Part shown: positions 40,724-54,649 of the stretch, one piece after another
Layout: each line of letters begins with the position of its first letter
Position numbering within the stretch: the stretch's first letter is position 1
Source of the DNA: Amoeboaphelidium protococcarum X5
Lineage: Eukaryota; Fungi; Aphelidiomycota
Direction: 5' to 3'
Length of the DNA stretch: 64,000 nucleotides
NCBI GenBank assembly: GCA_023515725.1
Contig: JALDTO010000235.1
Span: 650,778-714,777, forward strand
Position numbers and translations under genes: made by a program
Notes under the pieces: generated by a model
The model's database searches: none
The model's input: only the letters and a program-made list of their open reading frames with translations
What the model was told of the DNA's origin: nothing

Positions 40724-40816
40724 GCGAGACGATAATTAACAAAGTTATGAGACAGATCATGAAAAATAAAATGCACCATCTTGCAATGATAATAAGCTAT
40801 ATCTTGACATTAAAAA

Positions 40817-41370
40817 TCAAACTTGAGAGTAGGGCAGATTGGCAGTCTCTTTATTACCGTTACTGCCAGTGGCAATGAACGATTCCGGTGATTCTAGTTC
40901 ATCATACGCCACCTAATTAGAACCCCCATTCTAAACTAAAGTGTTAAATTAAGTATCTCCTCGTACCTTCAACTACCGGAATATTAACATTACAGTCACA
41001 GGCTTTGACAGCAAATTTATAATAGTCATCGCAAGACTATACTTGAATGAACTGAGACTCGTCCTATTAACATCGGGACTATTATTAATACTCAGCCAGA
41101 CAACATCAGTCACCAGAGTTAGTGTGGTCAATATCGCAAACTACAATACGCGTCATGCGTTTATTAGTAATACACACGGTTCAGATCTAAATTGAAAATT
41201 AAAAAAGACGCACTTACTATTTTCAATGGCTAAGAAGTCTCCATGTTATTTACAGCTAGCAATCCAAATAGCAATATAGGAACATTATATGAGGGATTCG
41301 GAGCGAAAGAAGCCAACAGGCCAACTATAATTTAGGCAAAAATTATCTATTACAACCTCAACGAACTCAT
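40817..41370 (-). CDS. AGTRAP-like small multi-pass membrane protein (158 aa); intron 41141-41217
   Basis: PSYNVPILLFGLLA, TLVTDVVWL, YSLAMTIINLLSKPVT..LKVRG; GTAAGT...TTGTAG intron restores frame; not in track. Confidence 0.72.
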
Positions 41371-41884
41371 CTTGATATTTCCTTTTTCGATCTACAGAAT
41401 CGATTGTCAAAACGAGAAGAATTTTAGGGAGAGAGCGCGATGGACTCTTCTCAGGCGATTAGCGTAAAATTCCACCAATTGTGAAATCGATTACTATCAA
41501 GCGAGAGAAGATTGTTATAATGCGAGAGTGTGAATTTAAATGAATCTGATGTGTTGATCATATAATCAGTCCATCAACTGTATGCTAGATCCCTATAGCT
41601 AAATGAATAACGATATAACAACAATAAAAAACAATTGAATAAATTACTCAAATGAGGGCAGCATACAGGTGCAATAACGTGCCAATCATCGAGTGATAAG
41701 CGCCACATTTTGATGAAACAGCCCAGCACGGCACGCCCGCGGAATGGCAACTGAACGAGGCGGCGGTTTCTTCCTCTAAACACTCACTCACTTACACTCA
41801 TTTTACTTGTGCTTAATACTTTAACAGTTACTCTATTCCTGTTAATTTCCCCTATTAAACACACACTTTGTTATAATAATCAAT

Positions 41885-42376
41885 ATGGTAAGTTGTTTAT
41901 CTCTCACCCCATGTTTTATTCAATGTTCATTTATTCATTCATTCGCCATTATAATAGTGTAGTCATCCGGTGTTACTGTAAACGACAAGTGCCTTGAAGC
42001 ATTCTAGGATTTGAAGTTGAAGAAGAAGTACAAGTTTGTGCTATACAAGCTGTCTGATGACAATGCTTCCATTGTGTTGGAGAAGAGCGCCGAGGCTGGA
42101 ACTTACGATGAATTTGTCTCCAGTCTGCCAAAGGGCGAGTGCAGATACGCAGTCTATGATTTTGAGTTTGAGAAGCCTGGCGAGGGTCAGCGTAACAAGA
42201 TTTGTTTCATTGCATGGTCTCCTGATTCTAGCAAGATCAAGTCAAAGATGTTATACGCTTCCAGTAAGGATGCTCTGCGTAAGAAGTTGGTTGGTGTTTC
42301 TACTGAGATTCAGGCTACTGACTTGAGCGAGATTGCGTACGACGTGGTCTTGGACAAGGTGAGCAAATCTAGTTGA
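41885..42376 (+). CDS. COF1: Cofilin/ADF paralog 2; ATG-only exon 1, intron 41888-41962
   Basis: M|SSGVTVNDKC; CRYAVYDFEF; WSPDSSKIKSKMLYASSKDALR; EIQATD. Confidence 0.96.
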
Positions 42377-42818
42377 ATATGCACTGCTTCTCTATGGTGG
42401 GCAGTACTTTCTTGGGTGGTGTTGGCGGCGTGAAAATTGGCGAAATTGAAATAAAATGGAATGTTCCATGTTTTGTCTGCTTTTTTATCTTTCCCTTTTT
42501 ACATTCTTTGCAGGTGTTACTGTAGTTGATTAATTTTACACTTGCTTTCTTTCTCACTTTAACTTGCTTGTTCATCCCATAATAGCTTCTCTTTTACAGT
42601 CGCACGCAGCCTCTCTATGAGTTGTACTGTCTCTCGCTCGCTCTCTCGTTCTGTACCTCTCGCTTAGTCTTTCCTGCACGTTGAAACACGACTGACTGAA
42701 ATATTTCTCTCCCCTTCCTTTCTCCTATTGCTTCACTCTTAAACTGTACAGTACTCATTACTCCTAGTTGGTAGTTAATATTTAAATTTTACAATTAAAG
42801 CCTTAAGTCTCGTTTAAT

Positions 42819-43985
42819 ATGCCACAAGAAGCTACTATTATAGTGTATGATATATCAATACCTTTATTTTTGTATTAATAATTCAACTTTGTTATTATTC
42901 ATTTGTAGAATTGATAACACCGAGTGGATGCGTAATGCAGACTATACTCCGGATAGATTGAAGGCTCAGAATGATGCTGTTAGTATGGTATTCAACATCA
43001 AGACATAGAGTAATCCTGAGAATGTTGTCGGTCTCATTTCTATGGGTGGCAATGTGTAAGTATACATGTTAGTTTGAGGAGTTTTGATCTCTATTGTTGC
43101 ATTCTCACTAAAGTGGTTACATGTAGACCGGAACTTCTAACTCCTCTTACCAATAAACTGGGATCTATCTTGAATGGATTGCATCATTTAAAGATTTCGG
43201 GTAAGCCGCATCTTTCTAGTGCTTTACAAGTTGCTTCGCTGGCGTTAAAGAACAGATTCAACAAGAACCAGGCCATGAGAATTGTGGTATTTATTGGTTC
43301 TCCGCTTGGATCAACTTCAAAGACTGCTAACACTACCGATGGTGACGAGGACTCTGAAGTGGCACTAATTAAACTTGCCAAGAAGTTGAAGAAGAATAAC
43401 GTCGCCGTGGATATTGTGTCTTTTGGAGAGGAGGGAAATGATAAGCTGTTACAGTCATTTCATGATGCTATCAACAATAACGACAATTCTCACATTGTAT
43501 TCATCCCACCAGGTCCGCAGTTGTTGAGTGATTAGCTATTGAATACGCCCATTGTGGCTGGTGAAGGTGGAATGGGAGGTGGAGCTGGTGGAGCTGGTGG
43601 TGGATATGAATTTGGCGTTGACCCATCTCTGGATCCAGAACTGGCATTGGCGCTGCGTATATCCATGGAGGAAGAAAGAGCTAGACAAGAGAAAGGTGGT
43701 GCACCTGCTGAAGGAGCCTCCTCTACGCAAGCTCCTTAGTAAGCGAATGCTGTACCACCACAGACGGAGGAGGAGAAAATGTTGGCCCAGGCAATTGCAA
43801 TGTCCATGGGCTAACAAGCCGGTAATGTTGGCGGTGACGGAGATGTTGATATGGAGGGAGGTGATGATAATGACGATGTGGCTCGTGCTATTCAAGAATC
43901 ATTGATGAATGCATCTTCTACCACTGGTAGTAATAATAATAGCAGCAAGACTCCTGACAATAACTCTAAAAATGGTAAATAGTGA
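42819..43985 (+). CDS. RPN10: 26S proteasome ubiquitin receptor Rpn10; introns 42845-42908 and 43056-43126
   Basis: EATIIVIDNTEWMRNADY, RIVVFIGSP, KKLKKNNVAVDIVSFGE, FGVDPSLDPELALALRISMEEE, further UIMs. Confidence 0.96.
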
Positions 43986-44285
43986 ATCCCAATACTATAT
44001 AGTGTTATTGCTGTACGTATTGACACTGGAATGTCATTTTTCTTGAGATACGAGCTATCTTGCATCGAATGAATCTTTTCTTGCAATACAAACTACTTGC
44101 GATAAGAGTAAATCTTAATTTTTCGCAGCGCCGAATGAAAGTTTTTCGTTTCAGAGTGATTTTCTTGTTTCTTTCTTCTCTTTATCACAACTTTAACTGC
44201 TAGCTTTATTATAACTGTTATATCAGCACCTCCTCATTTAGTATTTACTGAATTTATTGTATATATATAAAGATTTTGTGGTAGT

Positions 44286-47171
44286 ATGTCTGATAAGAAA
44301 TTTTTTGCTAGAGGTTAGTTTAAACACTCTTATTCCCAAGCTCTAATACTTTGAATTGAACTGTCAACACATGTTTAAATTGGTGTAGGTAAAGTGCAGG
44401 AACTGAGAGAGGAGTTGAACAGTGATAAAGATGATAAGAAACATTCAATGAAGAGAACCGCATTGAAGAAGATTGTTGCTAACTTGACAATGGGTAATGA
44501 TATGGGTGCTCTGTTTCCGGACGTGGTTGCTTGTATGCAGATTGGTGACATTGCGATAAAGAAGATGGTTTATTTGTATCTGATCAACTATGCCAGACAC
44601 AAGCCAGATATGGTCATTTTGGCAGTGAATAGCTTTTTGAAAGATGCTGCCGATTCTAATCCGCTGATAAGAGCTCTAGCTATCCGTACAATGTCTTACA
44701 TTAATGTTGACAAGGTGACTGACTGTATCTGCGAGCCACTGCGCAACTGTCTCAAGGACAAGGATCCTTATGTTCGTAAAACTGCTGCTCTGGCTGTGAC
44801 AAAGTTGTACTTTCATGACTAGGAATTGGTGAAAAACTAAGGTTTGCTCACGAATCTTAAAGACCTGGTGAATGATAGTAATCCAACGGTGGTGGCCAAT
44901 GCTTTGATTGGATTGCTGGAGATTCATGAAAAGTCACCGGATTTTCAATTCTCACTAGACATGAATGCTGCCAGTAATTTGGCGACTGCTCTTAATGAAT
45001 GTTCCGAGTGGGCTTAGACTTATATTCTAGAGGCCATGATGTTTGTCAAGCCAGGAGATAGCGCTGATGCAGAAAGTTTGATTGAGAGAGTGCTGCCTAG
45101 AATGTAACATGCTAATAGTGGTGTGGTGTTGGCTTCTGTAAAAGTTTTGGTCTACTTGGCCGAATTCGTGTCGAATAAAGATTACGTGCGGACCATCTAC
45201 AGTCGTCTTGCTCCGCCATTGGTCACACTGCTTAGTTGTGAGCCTGAAATTCAGTACGTTGCACTGCGCAATATATTACTGGTTGTGGAAAAGTAGCCAG
45301 ATCTTTTAAAGAAGGACATTCGTGTGTTTTTCTGCAAGTATAACGATCCAATTTACGTCAAGTTATCCAAGCTGGACGTTTTGTTCAAGTTGGTCACCGA
45401 GTCGAATGTTGATTTACTTCTCTCTGAGCTGAAGGAGTATTCTAGTGAAGTCGATGTTGAGTTTGTTCGTAAAGCAGTACGTGCTATTGGAAGGTGTGCG
45501 ATCAAGATTGAGAGTGCGGCAGATAAATGTATTTAGGCGCTGGTGGAGCTGATCTAGACTAAGGTGAATTATGTTGTGTAAGAGAGTATTGTTGTGATTA
45601 AGGATGTCTTTAGAAAGTACCCTGACCAGTATGAGAGTATTATTGCGGTGCTGTGTGAGAATTTGGACAGTCTTGATGAACCGGAAGCTAAATCTTCCAT
45701 GATTTGGATCATTGGTCACTATGCTGATCGTATTGACAATAGTGATGAGTTGTTAGACTCATTTCTGGACTCCTTTCTGGAAGAGCCTGCTGAGGTGCAA
45801 TTGTCTATGCTCACTGCCGTGGTCAAGTTATTCATTAAAAACCCATCCGGTGGTAAAGTCTTGGTCCCTAAGGTGTTGAAATGGGCAACTGAAGAGGTGG
45901 ACAATCCAGATGTTCGCGATCGTGGATACATTTATTGGCGTCTGCTGTCTACTGATCCTATTGCTGCAAAGTCCATTGTATTTCCGAGTAATACCACCAT
46001 CAATGCAGGTGCTGACCGATTTGATCAGAAGCTTTTGGATGAGTTGTTGTCGTAGATTGACACTCTGGGTTCTATTTACCATCGACCTGCCAGAATGTTG
46101 GCTCCTCACTTAAAATTCCGTTAGTCTACGGCTAACAATAATAATGATAATGGCTCATTTAATCCGCCTGCATCGCGAGTGAGTGCTGGCTTTGACAATA
46201 CTTTGTAATAGTCTCAGAAGGTGTAGCAATAGCAAAAGATGAAGTCTATGAATTTGTTGGACATTGATGAGCCTGAAGATTCATAAGATTCTCAATAGTC
46301 ATATCAGTAGTAGCCTCAATACAACAACTACACCTAATAGCAGAGTCAAATGATTGCTCCTCCTGTACAACAAAATGGTCTATCTTCTCAGATGAGCGGC
46401 CTTGGTCTAGGGAGCAGAGAAGTCTTAGATCTTGGTCTGGTCACTGACTCGTTCGTGCCTGTAAAAGTTTAATTTCTTGCTGCTGCCCAGGGTAAAGGAC
46501 TTGAAATTCATGGTACATTTGCCAGAAGATAGAAAGCCATGTTCATGGATTTGACCATTCAGAATAAGGCATTATAGCCTATTGGCGACATTGTGCTGCA
46601 ATTCAATAAGAACTCATTTGCCATTGTACCTGCTGGTGGGATAAATATTCGTAATCCATTACCACCGAATAGCAGTGCTGAGACTACGCTGGCACTGGCT
46701 ATCAGTCCTACTACTCATTTCACCCTAAATGATCCAATCAATAATCTCCATGTTGCAATCAAGGCGTCTACTGGTTTGTTCTTCTTCTTTACCAAGATCC
46801 CGATGCATATTTTGCTGGTAGAGGATGGTCTACTGGTCCAAGCAGACTTTCTACGTAATTGGAAAGAGCACGTTACGTCGGCAACTTCATCCATGGTGGA
46901 TCAGATTCAGTTCCCATCTGTTGAAGCATTGAGAAATAAGCTGAGTGCGAATAACATTTTCACCGTGGCTGAGAGAGTGATCGATAACAAGGGAATGCTG
47001 TACTGTAGTAGCAAGCTCGTGAATGACACCGTTGTGCTGATGGAGGTACAAGCTCAAGTGAATAATGGATAGTAGGTTGTGTCTTGCATGCTCACCGCTC
47101 GATCTTCGAATGCAGCGTATCATAACGCTTACCTCGCCGCTGTCAGTGATATTTTGAGAAATGCCAAGTGA
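44286..47171 (+). CDS. AP-1/AP-2 complex beta subunit (beta-adaptin) with hinge and appendage; intron 44314-44388
   Basis: [54 protein letters not shown], clathrin box LLDID, ear LQFNKNSF. Confidence 0.96.
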
Positions 47172-47333
47172 TGATGATGATTAAAGAGATGAAAAAGAAG
47201 TGTTGTGATAAATGTGGAGTTATTAGTTTAAGATTAGTAATGATATGATAAGTATATTTTCTCAAAAAAAAACATTTGAATAGCACTATCAACAACAATC
47301 CTTGAACATTACATGATGAGCCTATTTTATCAA

Positions 47334-47717
47334 TCATTACAACAAAGAGTATGTCTAGGCACTATCTACAACACCAGATCGCTGTGAATCAATCTCTGCA
47401 ATAATCTACTTGAGATGGTTCAACTCCAAGGCCTGAATCTCTTTAATCTAAGTAGTTTCCAACAGTTGCATCTCTAATCGTTTCAACCGCAGCTAGAGTT
47501 CTATCCGCTTCCTCTGCTCCATATCAAGCGCTCTACAAGCCGCCTCCACTCTATCACTCGCCTCCATGAAGAGAAGAGCAGTCAGATCTTCCACCTCACG
47601 CTCCAACCTATTAAACTTCGCCTCAGCTTTCCGCCTTGCACTAACCTCAATCTCTAACGTTTACTTTAATGCAGCAATTTAAAGTCTATTCAATTCCTGC
47701 TCTGTCAATTAAATCAT
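47334..47717 (-). CDS. Stand-alone Sec2/Rabin8-type Rab-GEF coiled-coil protein (127 aa)
   Basis: ARRKAEAKFNRLEREVEDLTALLFMEASDRVEAA resembles the Sec2p motif ELEeLTasLFeEAN.MV; not in track. Confidence 0.75.
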
Positions 47718-48333
47718 TCTTTCAGATGATAATAATAATAGTATCAAAATGTGTACACTGTATTCTGCGAGCAGTAGTAGAGAATAAAATTATATCAAAA
47801 CTATAGAGTGCAAAATAATCAGGTGACAGAATGACTTCAAACTGACTGACAAGAGGAGAACTGGATCAGAATTGTATCGCCGTTACCGGTACTACAAAAT
47901 GACGATGAAAGAATCTTGGCGCTGCAATGATTCAGAGATCCAACATCAACATTTCCCGTTTCGGAAAAGACCTTCAATCTTGGCGAATTATTACGGTTTG
48001 ATCGGCTGAAACTGCGCGGTATGTTTACAGCTTTGGATTTACAGATGTCTACTTCTTTATGTCGATTGTCTGTAGATATAGATTTAAACCCGCATAAGTC
48101 TTACATTTCATGTTTGAACAGTAGCATTTTTGATCCAATGCCATCAGCACATCATTCAGAGCCTACAGAGGCGTGAAATGAATGTGAGTGTTGTCTATAA
48201 TGAGCTTTCTTTAAGTACAGTATATTCTTTATAAAGCCGATTTCCCTCTTTCAGTAATCCCTCCTTAGAATTTCTTCGTTTTCGCTCTTTCATCGCTACA
48301 AAAGTATCTTTGTATACAAATTGTAGATTTTAA

Positions 48334-51154
48334 ATGTCAATTATATAATTGGAGGAGGCTTTATAATCTCTGCAGTTGACTTAGTAATCATTTGCGTAAA
48401 GTGCATTCAATTAACGCGTCATAGAGGAGTACAGCGCTAAAGTAAGCAGAGAATTTGATTAGTGATTGATTTCATAATTGTCTAATTGAGTGTAGTAATG
48501 GTGTGATTATATATGCGCATAAAGTAGTTAGAACTAGCAGCAAGTTATACAGCGGGCCAATTTATTCAGATAATACGTAAGATTCTGTATTAGCCTTTAT
48601 TTAAATTTTCGGATGATGAGTATTGGAAGATTTGTAGTTAATGCAAAACAATGGACAGCATTTGTAAGATTTTATTGATCGCGGATTGAGATAGATTTAA
48701 GCCTCTGCCACGGATGATTTATTGATTAGATTTGTACACCACGCGTTATATCAAGGTCCAGTAGATTTATAGTAGAAACAGTTGTAAAAACTTAGATCTA
48801 AAGTGAAAAGCCTCATAGTTAGTTAAATTGATTGCATTGATAGTCAATCGCTGCCTCCATCCACGATCAGATCATTGCTTAGTTGTGCTGGTACATTGAT
48901 TTAATTTGCGAAATGTGATACCTCCATTCAGGTAATAATTGCGCGTTTGCTTAAGTTGGCTCATCGTTTAGTGTAATAGTCGTAGGTGCCATACAAGATA
49001 TTGTGTCCTCTCTTTAGGTGTTTGCAGAATATTTTCTCAAGTGGATATAGAATTGGACCTAACGATTCTCTCCTTGTTCATGATATCAAGCATATAATAG
49101 CGAGAGCTCTGTAATCATAGAACTTATAGAAAGAGAAATAAGTGAGCGCTTATATATCAGAGTAAACATCGTGTGCAGAGTCCAAGATTAGTCAGTTATC
49201 ATCAAGTAGACTGTCTCCTTTTGAAAGATTCATGATATAGTCTTTGAAGCTGGTGCAGGCTATTGCTAGATACAATGCAGCGCACATTATTCTTGAGTGG
49301 TCAGAACTATTCGTGTAATCTTCTTCCTCATCATCAGTCATATCATTTAGTTTGTATTCACTTTTAAACTGTCGCGATGATCTTGTTGTTATTGATGTTT
49401 AATTTGCTGCTCTTGACGTGCTTGCTGATATATGCCGCTATGGACGATCTGTATGGAAAAATGCGGTTGAATCTGATAAAGATCTCTCATTCACTTCACA
49501 ATCTCTGTATATATTCAAAATTATCAAGTCTATTCATGAGCTTCTACTGGGCTTACTGTTATACAAGGTGTTTAACGGATAAGTCTCCGGTAACCAATTT
49601 GGTCTTCTCTCTTATGGTTAAGCTAAACGCGATAGCGACATGGCATTGGAGCCGTTAATGATCTCAGTCAATCGTGGACGGTTGGCTGACCAGTGTAAGC
49701 CAGGTAATATAGAACTGGAATATGGTAGGCGCGTTGTTTTTGCTTTGGAATCTTTAATTAGTGCTGTACCATATTCTTTGTTCAAGTAAGACTTTTGTGG
49801 TAGTATTGCGCGTAAAATTAAAGGTCTTGATGTTGATAGCATACGCGACTTTATACCGCTGATTCTTAGAATGCTCTGTACGATGCTTAAGTCTTAACTG
49901 TCCGATGAATAGAGAAAATAGATATAGTCGGAATTGGATGGATTCCTTGAAGTTGCGCTGAATGGAGCTTCCTCCAATAGAGGTACACCACATTTTGACG
50001 CCGATCTATAGTCATCAAGCCTTCAATTTATCACTGAATATCTCAAGGCACAATATGCAATCTATGGTGTCATTTGCGATACTCTATGCCAGAATCTTAT
50101 AGATATCCTTACCTAAAATCTCTCCGTAATCGCGAAGCTTTCTGATACGGACGCATTGAATCTAGCGTTGTTTTTGAAGTAATGTCTCGAAACTAAGGTT
50201 ATATCATTTGATAATCCTCTAGTTATGAATTATATATCTCAGCTGTACGATTCGTGGAGAGGCATTCTGCTGAGTACCATCCTGGACATACTTTCTCTGG
50301 CTTCTGCGACCGATATTGATTAACTTGATGGTAGAACATTTGGATTTTACGCAGCTTTGCTAAATTCTAGTTTTGATTCCGATTCCAATGGTTAGAATGA
50401 TGAATCTATTATCCTTAGTGGCTTGGGTATGTTGGGTGTATATGCCTAGTTCCCATCACTGATTACCTGCTAAGACGAGGCTGAAGATTATTTGAAAATT
50501 ACATCCAGCTTACTCAGCAAGCGCAACCTGAACATCCGCGCTAAGGCGTCTTGGGCATTGGCTAATGTCATAGAGTAAGCTTAGAAAACTGATTTATATT
50601 GCTTGGATCATTCAACACTACTGGCGCTAGTTAAATAGATCTTATAGATGAAAGAGGATGTTGATAAGGTGACGTGTCATTTGTGCCGCGTCTTGCGCTC
50701 TTGTCTCTTAATACTACCCATCTCGATCTTGCATAGAGAGTCTAACAACATTCTACCTCAATGCATCGAGTTTTTACTGCATCAGATTGCATCAGTTAGT
50801 CCAAAGACGCGTTGGAACGCATGTCATAGTTTGTCAGAAGTTTTGAGTCGATAAGAGTTGGTCAGTTTATTAACATTGCGCATTATTTAATGTATTGTCG
50901 ACTCTATATTCTCGTGTATACAAAGTTGCCGTAATTATAAAGTTTGGATCTACGCAACGTCATGTTTGGTGCATTTGCGTCAGTCTGGTGATCAATGGTT
51001 GTCGTTGAACAAAGACCGAGTATAACTGCTCCAAACCATAGCTGATGCGGGTGGTAAACTGATGATATCTGATGGCGATAGTCGATCAAGTATTGTAAAT
51101 GAACAAGAGTACCAGGAGAAGCTTCATAAGAATATCCTAGATACACTGCGTTGA
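48334..51154 (+). CDS. HEATR6-like HEAT-repeat protein; introns 48442-48495 and 48577-48637
   Basis: SFTSQS..IHELL, LISAVPY, LNIRAKASWALANV, KTRWNACHSL, CRNYKVWIYA; TGA 51152. Confidence 0.8.
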
Positions 51155-51181
51155 TTTTAATAAAATTGACTATTTAGAATA

Positions 51182-53833
51182 TCAATATATTTCAGACATT
51201 ATGTTCACAATGAGAGATGTCCATCCTGTGAATGGATGTGATCTTTAGCCTTTACCATCTGTGGGCGAATACTACTCCCACAAATGTCCAGTCTCCTTAT
51301 ATTGCTTATAAACGTTATCGATCAGATTCTAACGCAACTCTTTGTAGATAACTGAAGCTTTCTTTGCCAGATCACCACTGACACCATCTATATTACTTCT
51401 ATCGATATGATGCAATTTGAGAGCACGCAAGACCAAAAAGTTGATGTTCATCCAAATAGGACCGCGCCAGTAATTTTCACCTTGTCCATAGTATTCATCT
51501 TAAAGAGACAGAGAACGAATTCCGTAATTACTCCATAGCTATTCTGGATCTTTGATTAGACTTAGAACTGCATCCAAACGATCAGGGTGGTCTTTCGGAC
51601 TGATCATATCAAACATGAACGGAAACAGACTGAGGTATCCCTTATGTACGACAATAGATTGACCATCCGTAATGCTGTCTTTATTCTTCAGCTACAAATC
51701 TCCATACGCCTTCTCTTCTTCATCATAGAAATGTTCATTAATCACCACAACAATCTTAGAATGGATATCTTTAAAATACCTGACATCCTGTTCATGATCC
51801 AAAAACTCTGCAATACTTTTCATCATATCAGCATACATTCCAATCCAACTGGTCAAGTCGAGATGTAGCTCATAAGAAGACATTTCGCCGCGAGGATAAT
51901 CGTCAATTCCTGATGGAAGACAGTGAGTAGCAGTTCGTCCTCTCCAGCGATAAACCTCGGCGTCTTTAACCACTTTACCATCCCGAATCAATTTGCCGCG
52001 CTGAGTTCTTCTATACCATTCAAAATTGAGTTTAAACTTGGGATACACCGAAGTCAAGAATTCTTTGATAGCTTGTAATTATGAAGCGCCCCCCGTTGAT
52101 AGTTTAGGATCTATACCATACTCTGATAGAACAATCTAATCACCAGAATCCAAGTCAAATTAAGATGTCTCCTTCATTCTGCGAATCATTGAAATGACGG
52201 GCAATATGAGAGTAGGTGGATTAGCAAAATCGGGATATTAAACTTGAAACTCGGCGGGAACTTTACTCCTTGCCTCATCTCCCAGAATTTACTCTCTCGC
52301 AATCCACCCATCTTCATTCATCAGGGATAGCCACGACTTGAGCATATCCATAGTGAGCCGCATATCGAATGGCTATATGACAAGATGATGAAATCCCTCA
52401 TCCCATAAGAAACCTCTAGGGAAGAAAGATCTTGACGGTGTGGTGGTGTACAATTCCATCTAGCCAGTCCTCTCTGGATGTCCAGTTTTACGCCCATCAC
52501 CCTCATCAGCAGACAGGTCGCCACTATTAGCAGATGAAGACTCTTGAACAGTATCGCCGTCTTCGTTATCGTCCTGGAAAAGCAATCTCTCCAAGTCATC
52601 ATCTAAATCACTTCCACTACCAAGATCAGGTCCAAAACTGTCGGAATCATCCAAGGCAGAACTATCCACGATACTATCGCCTCTAAAGAAACCAATACCG
52701 CCCATAACATCACTAAAGCAGATCTTGGCAAATTCCATATAATCATTTGAGAATTTCAAACTCTTCTAGAGCTAGAATACAGATTCAAACTTTTTGGAAT
52801 AGACAGCTATCGACTTTGAAATCATTTCATCACCAGCTTTGAAGAGATTATAAGACTTCTTTACGTCCTTCTCCACGCTTTTACCATGGGTATTAAATGC
52901 TATATCAATCACCACATCCGCTCCGGTATGTACTTGGACTAGAACGAGATTTCCACCAACTGGGGCCTCTACATTCTACTACTAAAAGCGCGGTATAGAG
53001 AACATCTGCATCGGTGGTGGCGGTTGTTCATCTTCAGACTTTCGATTATCCACAAACTGGCGCAGCACTTGGGAAAAATGCCCTTGAAGCAAATCTTTAA
53101 TCTACCATTATTTTTCAAATGCAATGGGAAGTACACTAGATTGCAGAATCGACATTTTATCCGGTGAAGAGGATGATGAGGATTCAGGGTGACTCTTTTG
53201 AACCACAACGTTGAACGAACTCTAAGAATTATCAGCAATGACTCCTCTAATAACAAGAGAGTCTTCGCTTTAATCACTAGTTGACATCTCAGTGGTTCCC
53301 TACACACCACCAATGTAGAATATCAATGAAATTGGATACTTGACACCTTGCACGGTAATTCTATTCACCCAATCTTCGCCTACACATAGAAATCATTTAG
53401 AAACGCAATAATACAATAAGATACCTTAAGTCTTTCTAAATACTTAGAAGGAAGTGTTTAAACTTAGTCCAAGTGGAACGTCATCCAATGCTTAAATTCC
53501 AAAATCTTTGCCATTGTGTGCAAGCCAATTGTACTTCAACTGGTCAGCCATCTCACAGGAATGCCTAATCTTTTGGAAGCCATCATAAGAATTAAGAGGA
53601 AACCACAATATACCAGTCATAAGTTGCTCAGCCGAATCCTGCGTCCGCATACCAAAGTACAAGTTCGATCTATATGTTCCCCAGTTTGAGGAGGACCATG
53701 TGAGATTACTGTTGTCACATTAAGGCTCACTGTCAACTGAAGCTTGACAAAATGAAGGATACACCACGAATATAAGGAAACTGACCTGGTTCAATACCAG
53801 AAAAATGTACTGCTTGACACTCAAACTAGTCAT
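51182..53833 (-). CDS. CWH41: Mannosyl-oligosaccharide glucosidase I (GH63); intron 53380-53424
   Basis: WGTYRSNLYFGMRT, MGGIGFFRG, TPSRSFFPRGFLWDEGFH, GWIAREQILG, LPSGIDDYPR, NYWRGPIWMNIN, HPFTGWTSL. Confidence 0.96.
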
Positions 53834-54649
53834 TCAATTGTAGTAGTAGTGTTGTTATTGAGTGGAACCTACGCGCGCCAAAGTATGAAGAAAGAAACTG
53901 GAATGAATTTCATGCGAGTTTTAGATCGAAATGAAACAGAAAAAATATAATCGTCCAAATATGCGCCAGTTAGATAGATACAAAAGAAGTTAACTTGGAT
54001 TGTTAAATTGCTCAACATTTTCTCTGTTCTTAACGTTCACTTTCACAACTTCTACTATGACTTTTACTATTCATTGCGCGATTTAGTAGTATAGAGTATT
54101 CTTGGGTTCATGAAGTTTGATACTTTGATCCAAGTATACCGAGAAGCACGAAAACCATCTCATATATATACTCATAGAAGATAAAATGATTAATTGCGTG
54201 TGTAAGGCTGAATGCCTTTTAAAATTACAGTCGCGCCTAATTGTTACATACATTATTTTGTAAATGATTATTGCACATCACTTGATCAGCATACCATGAG
54301 TCCATCCAGTTGCTTCTGATTAATTTTGAAGAATAAGAATGGTTTCAGTCATTACTTAGCACATGATGTAAATTTAAGATATTCCTCATCGCGTTACCCC
54401 ATGATGATGATGCCGTTTGTTTCTCACCATCTTCCCCAACTCGCTCACACGCGTGATGTTCAATCAGCACGGAGATTTTTTGCCAATGACGTCATTTAAT
54501 TACGCAAATTTAACCACATGGAAGCATCTAATCGATTACGGAGTTGTCAATTACATCATTACTGCATTACCATCTTCTTATTTCTACATTTATTATCAAA
54601 TTATCACAAGTGTCACAAAAAACAAATCAGTAACTAACAAAGAGATAGA

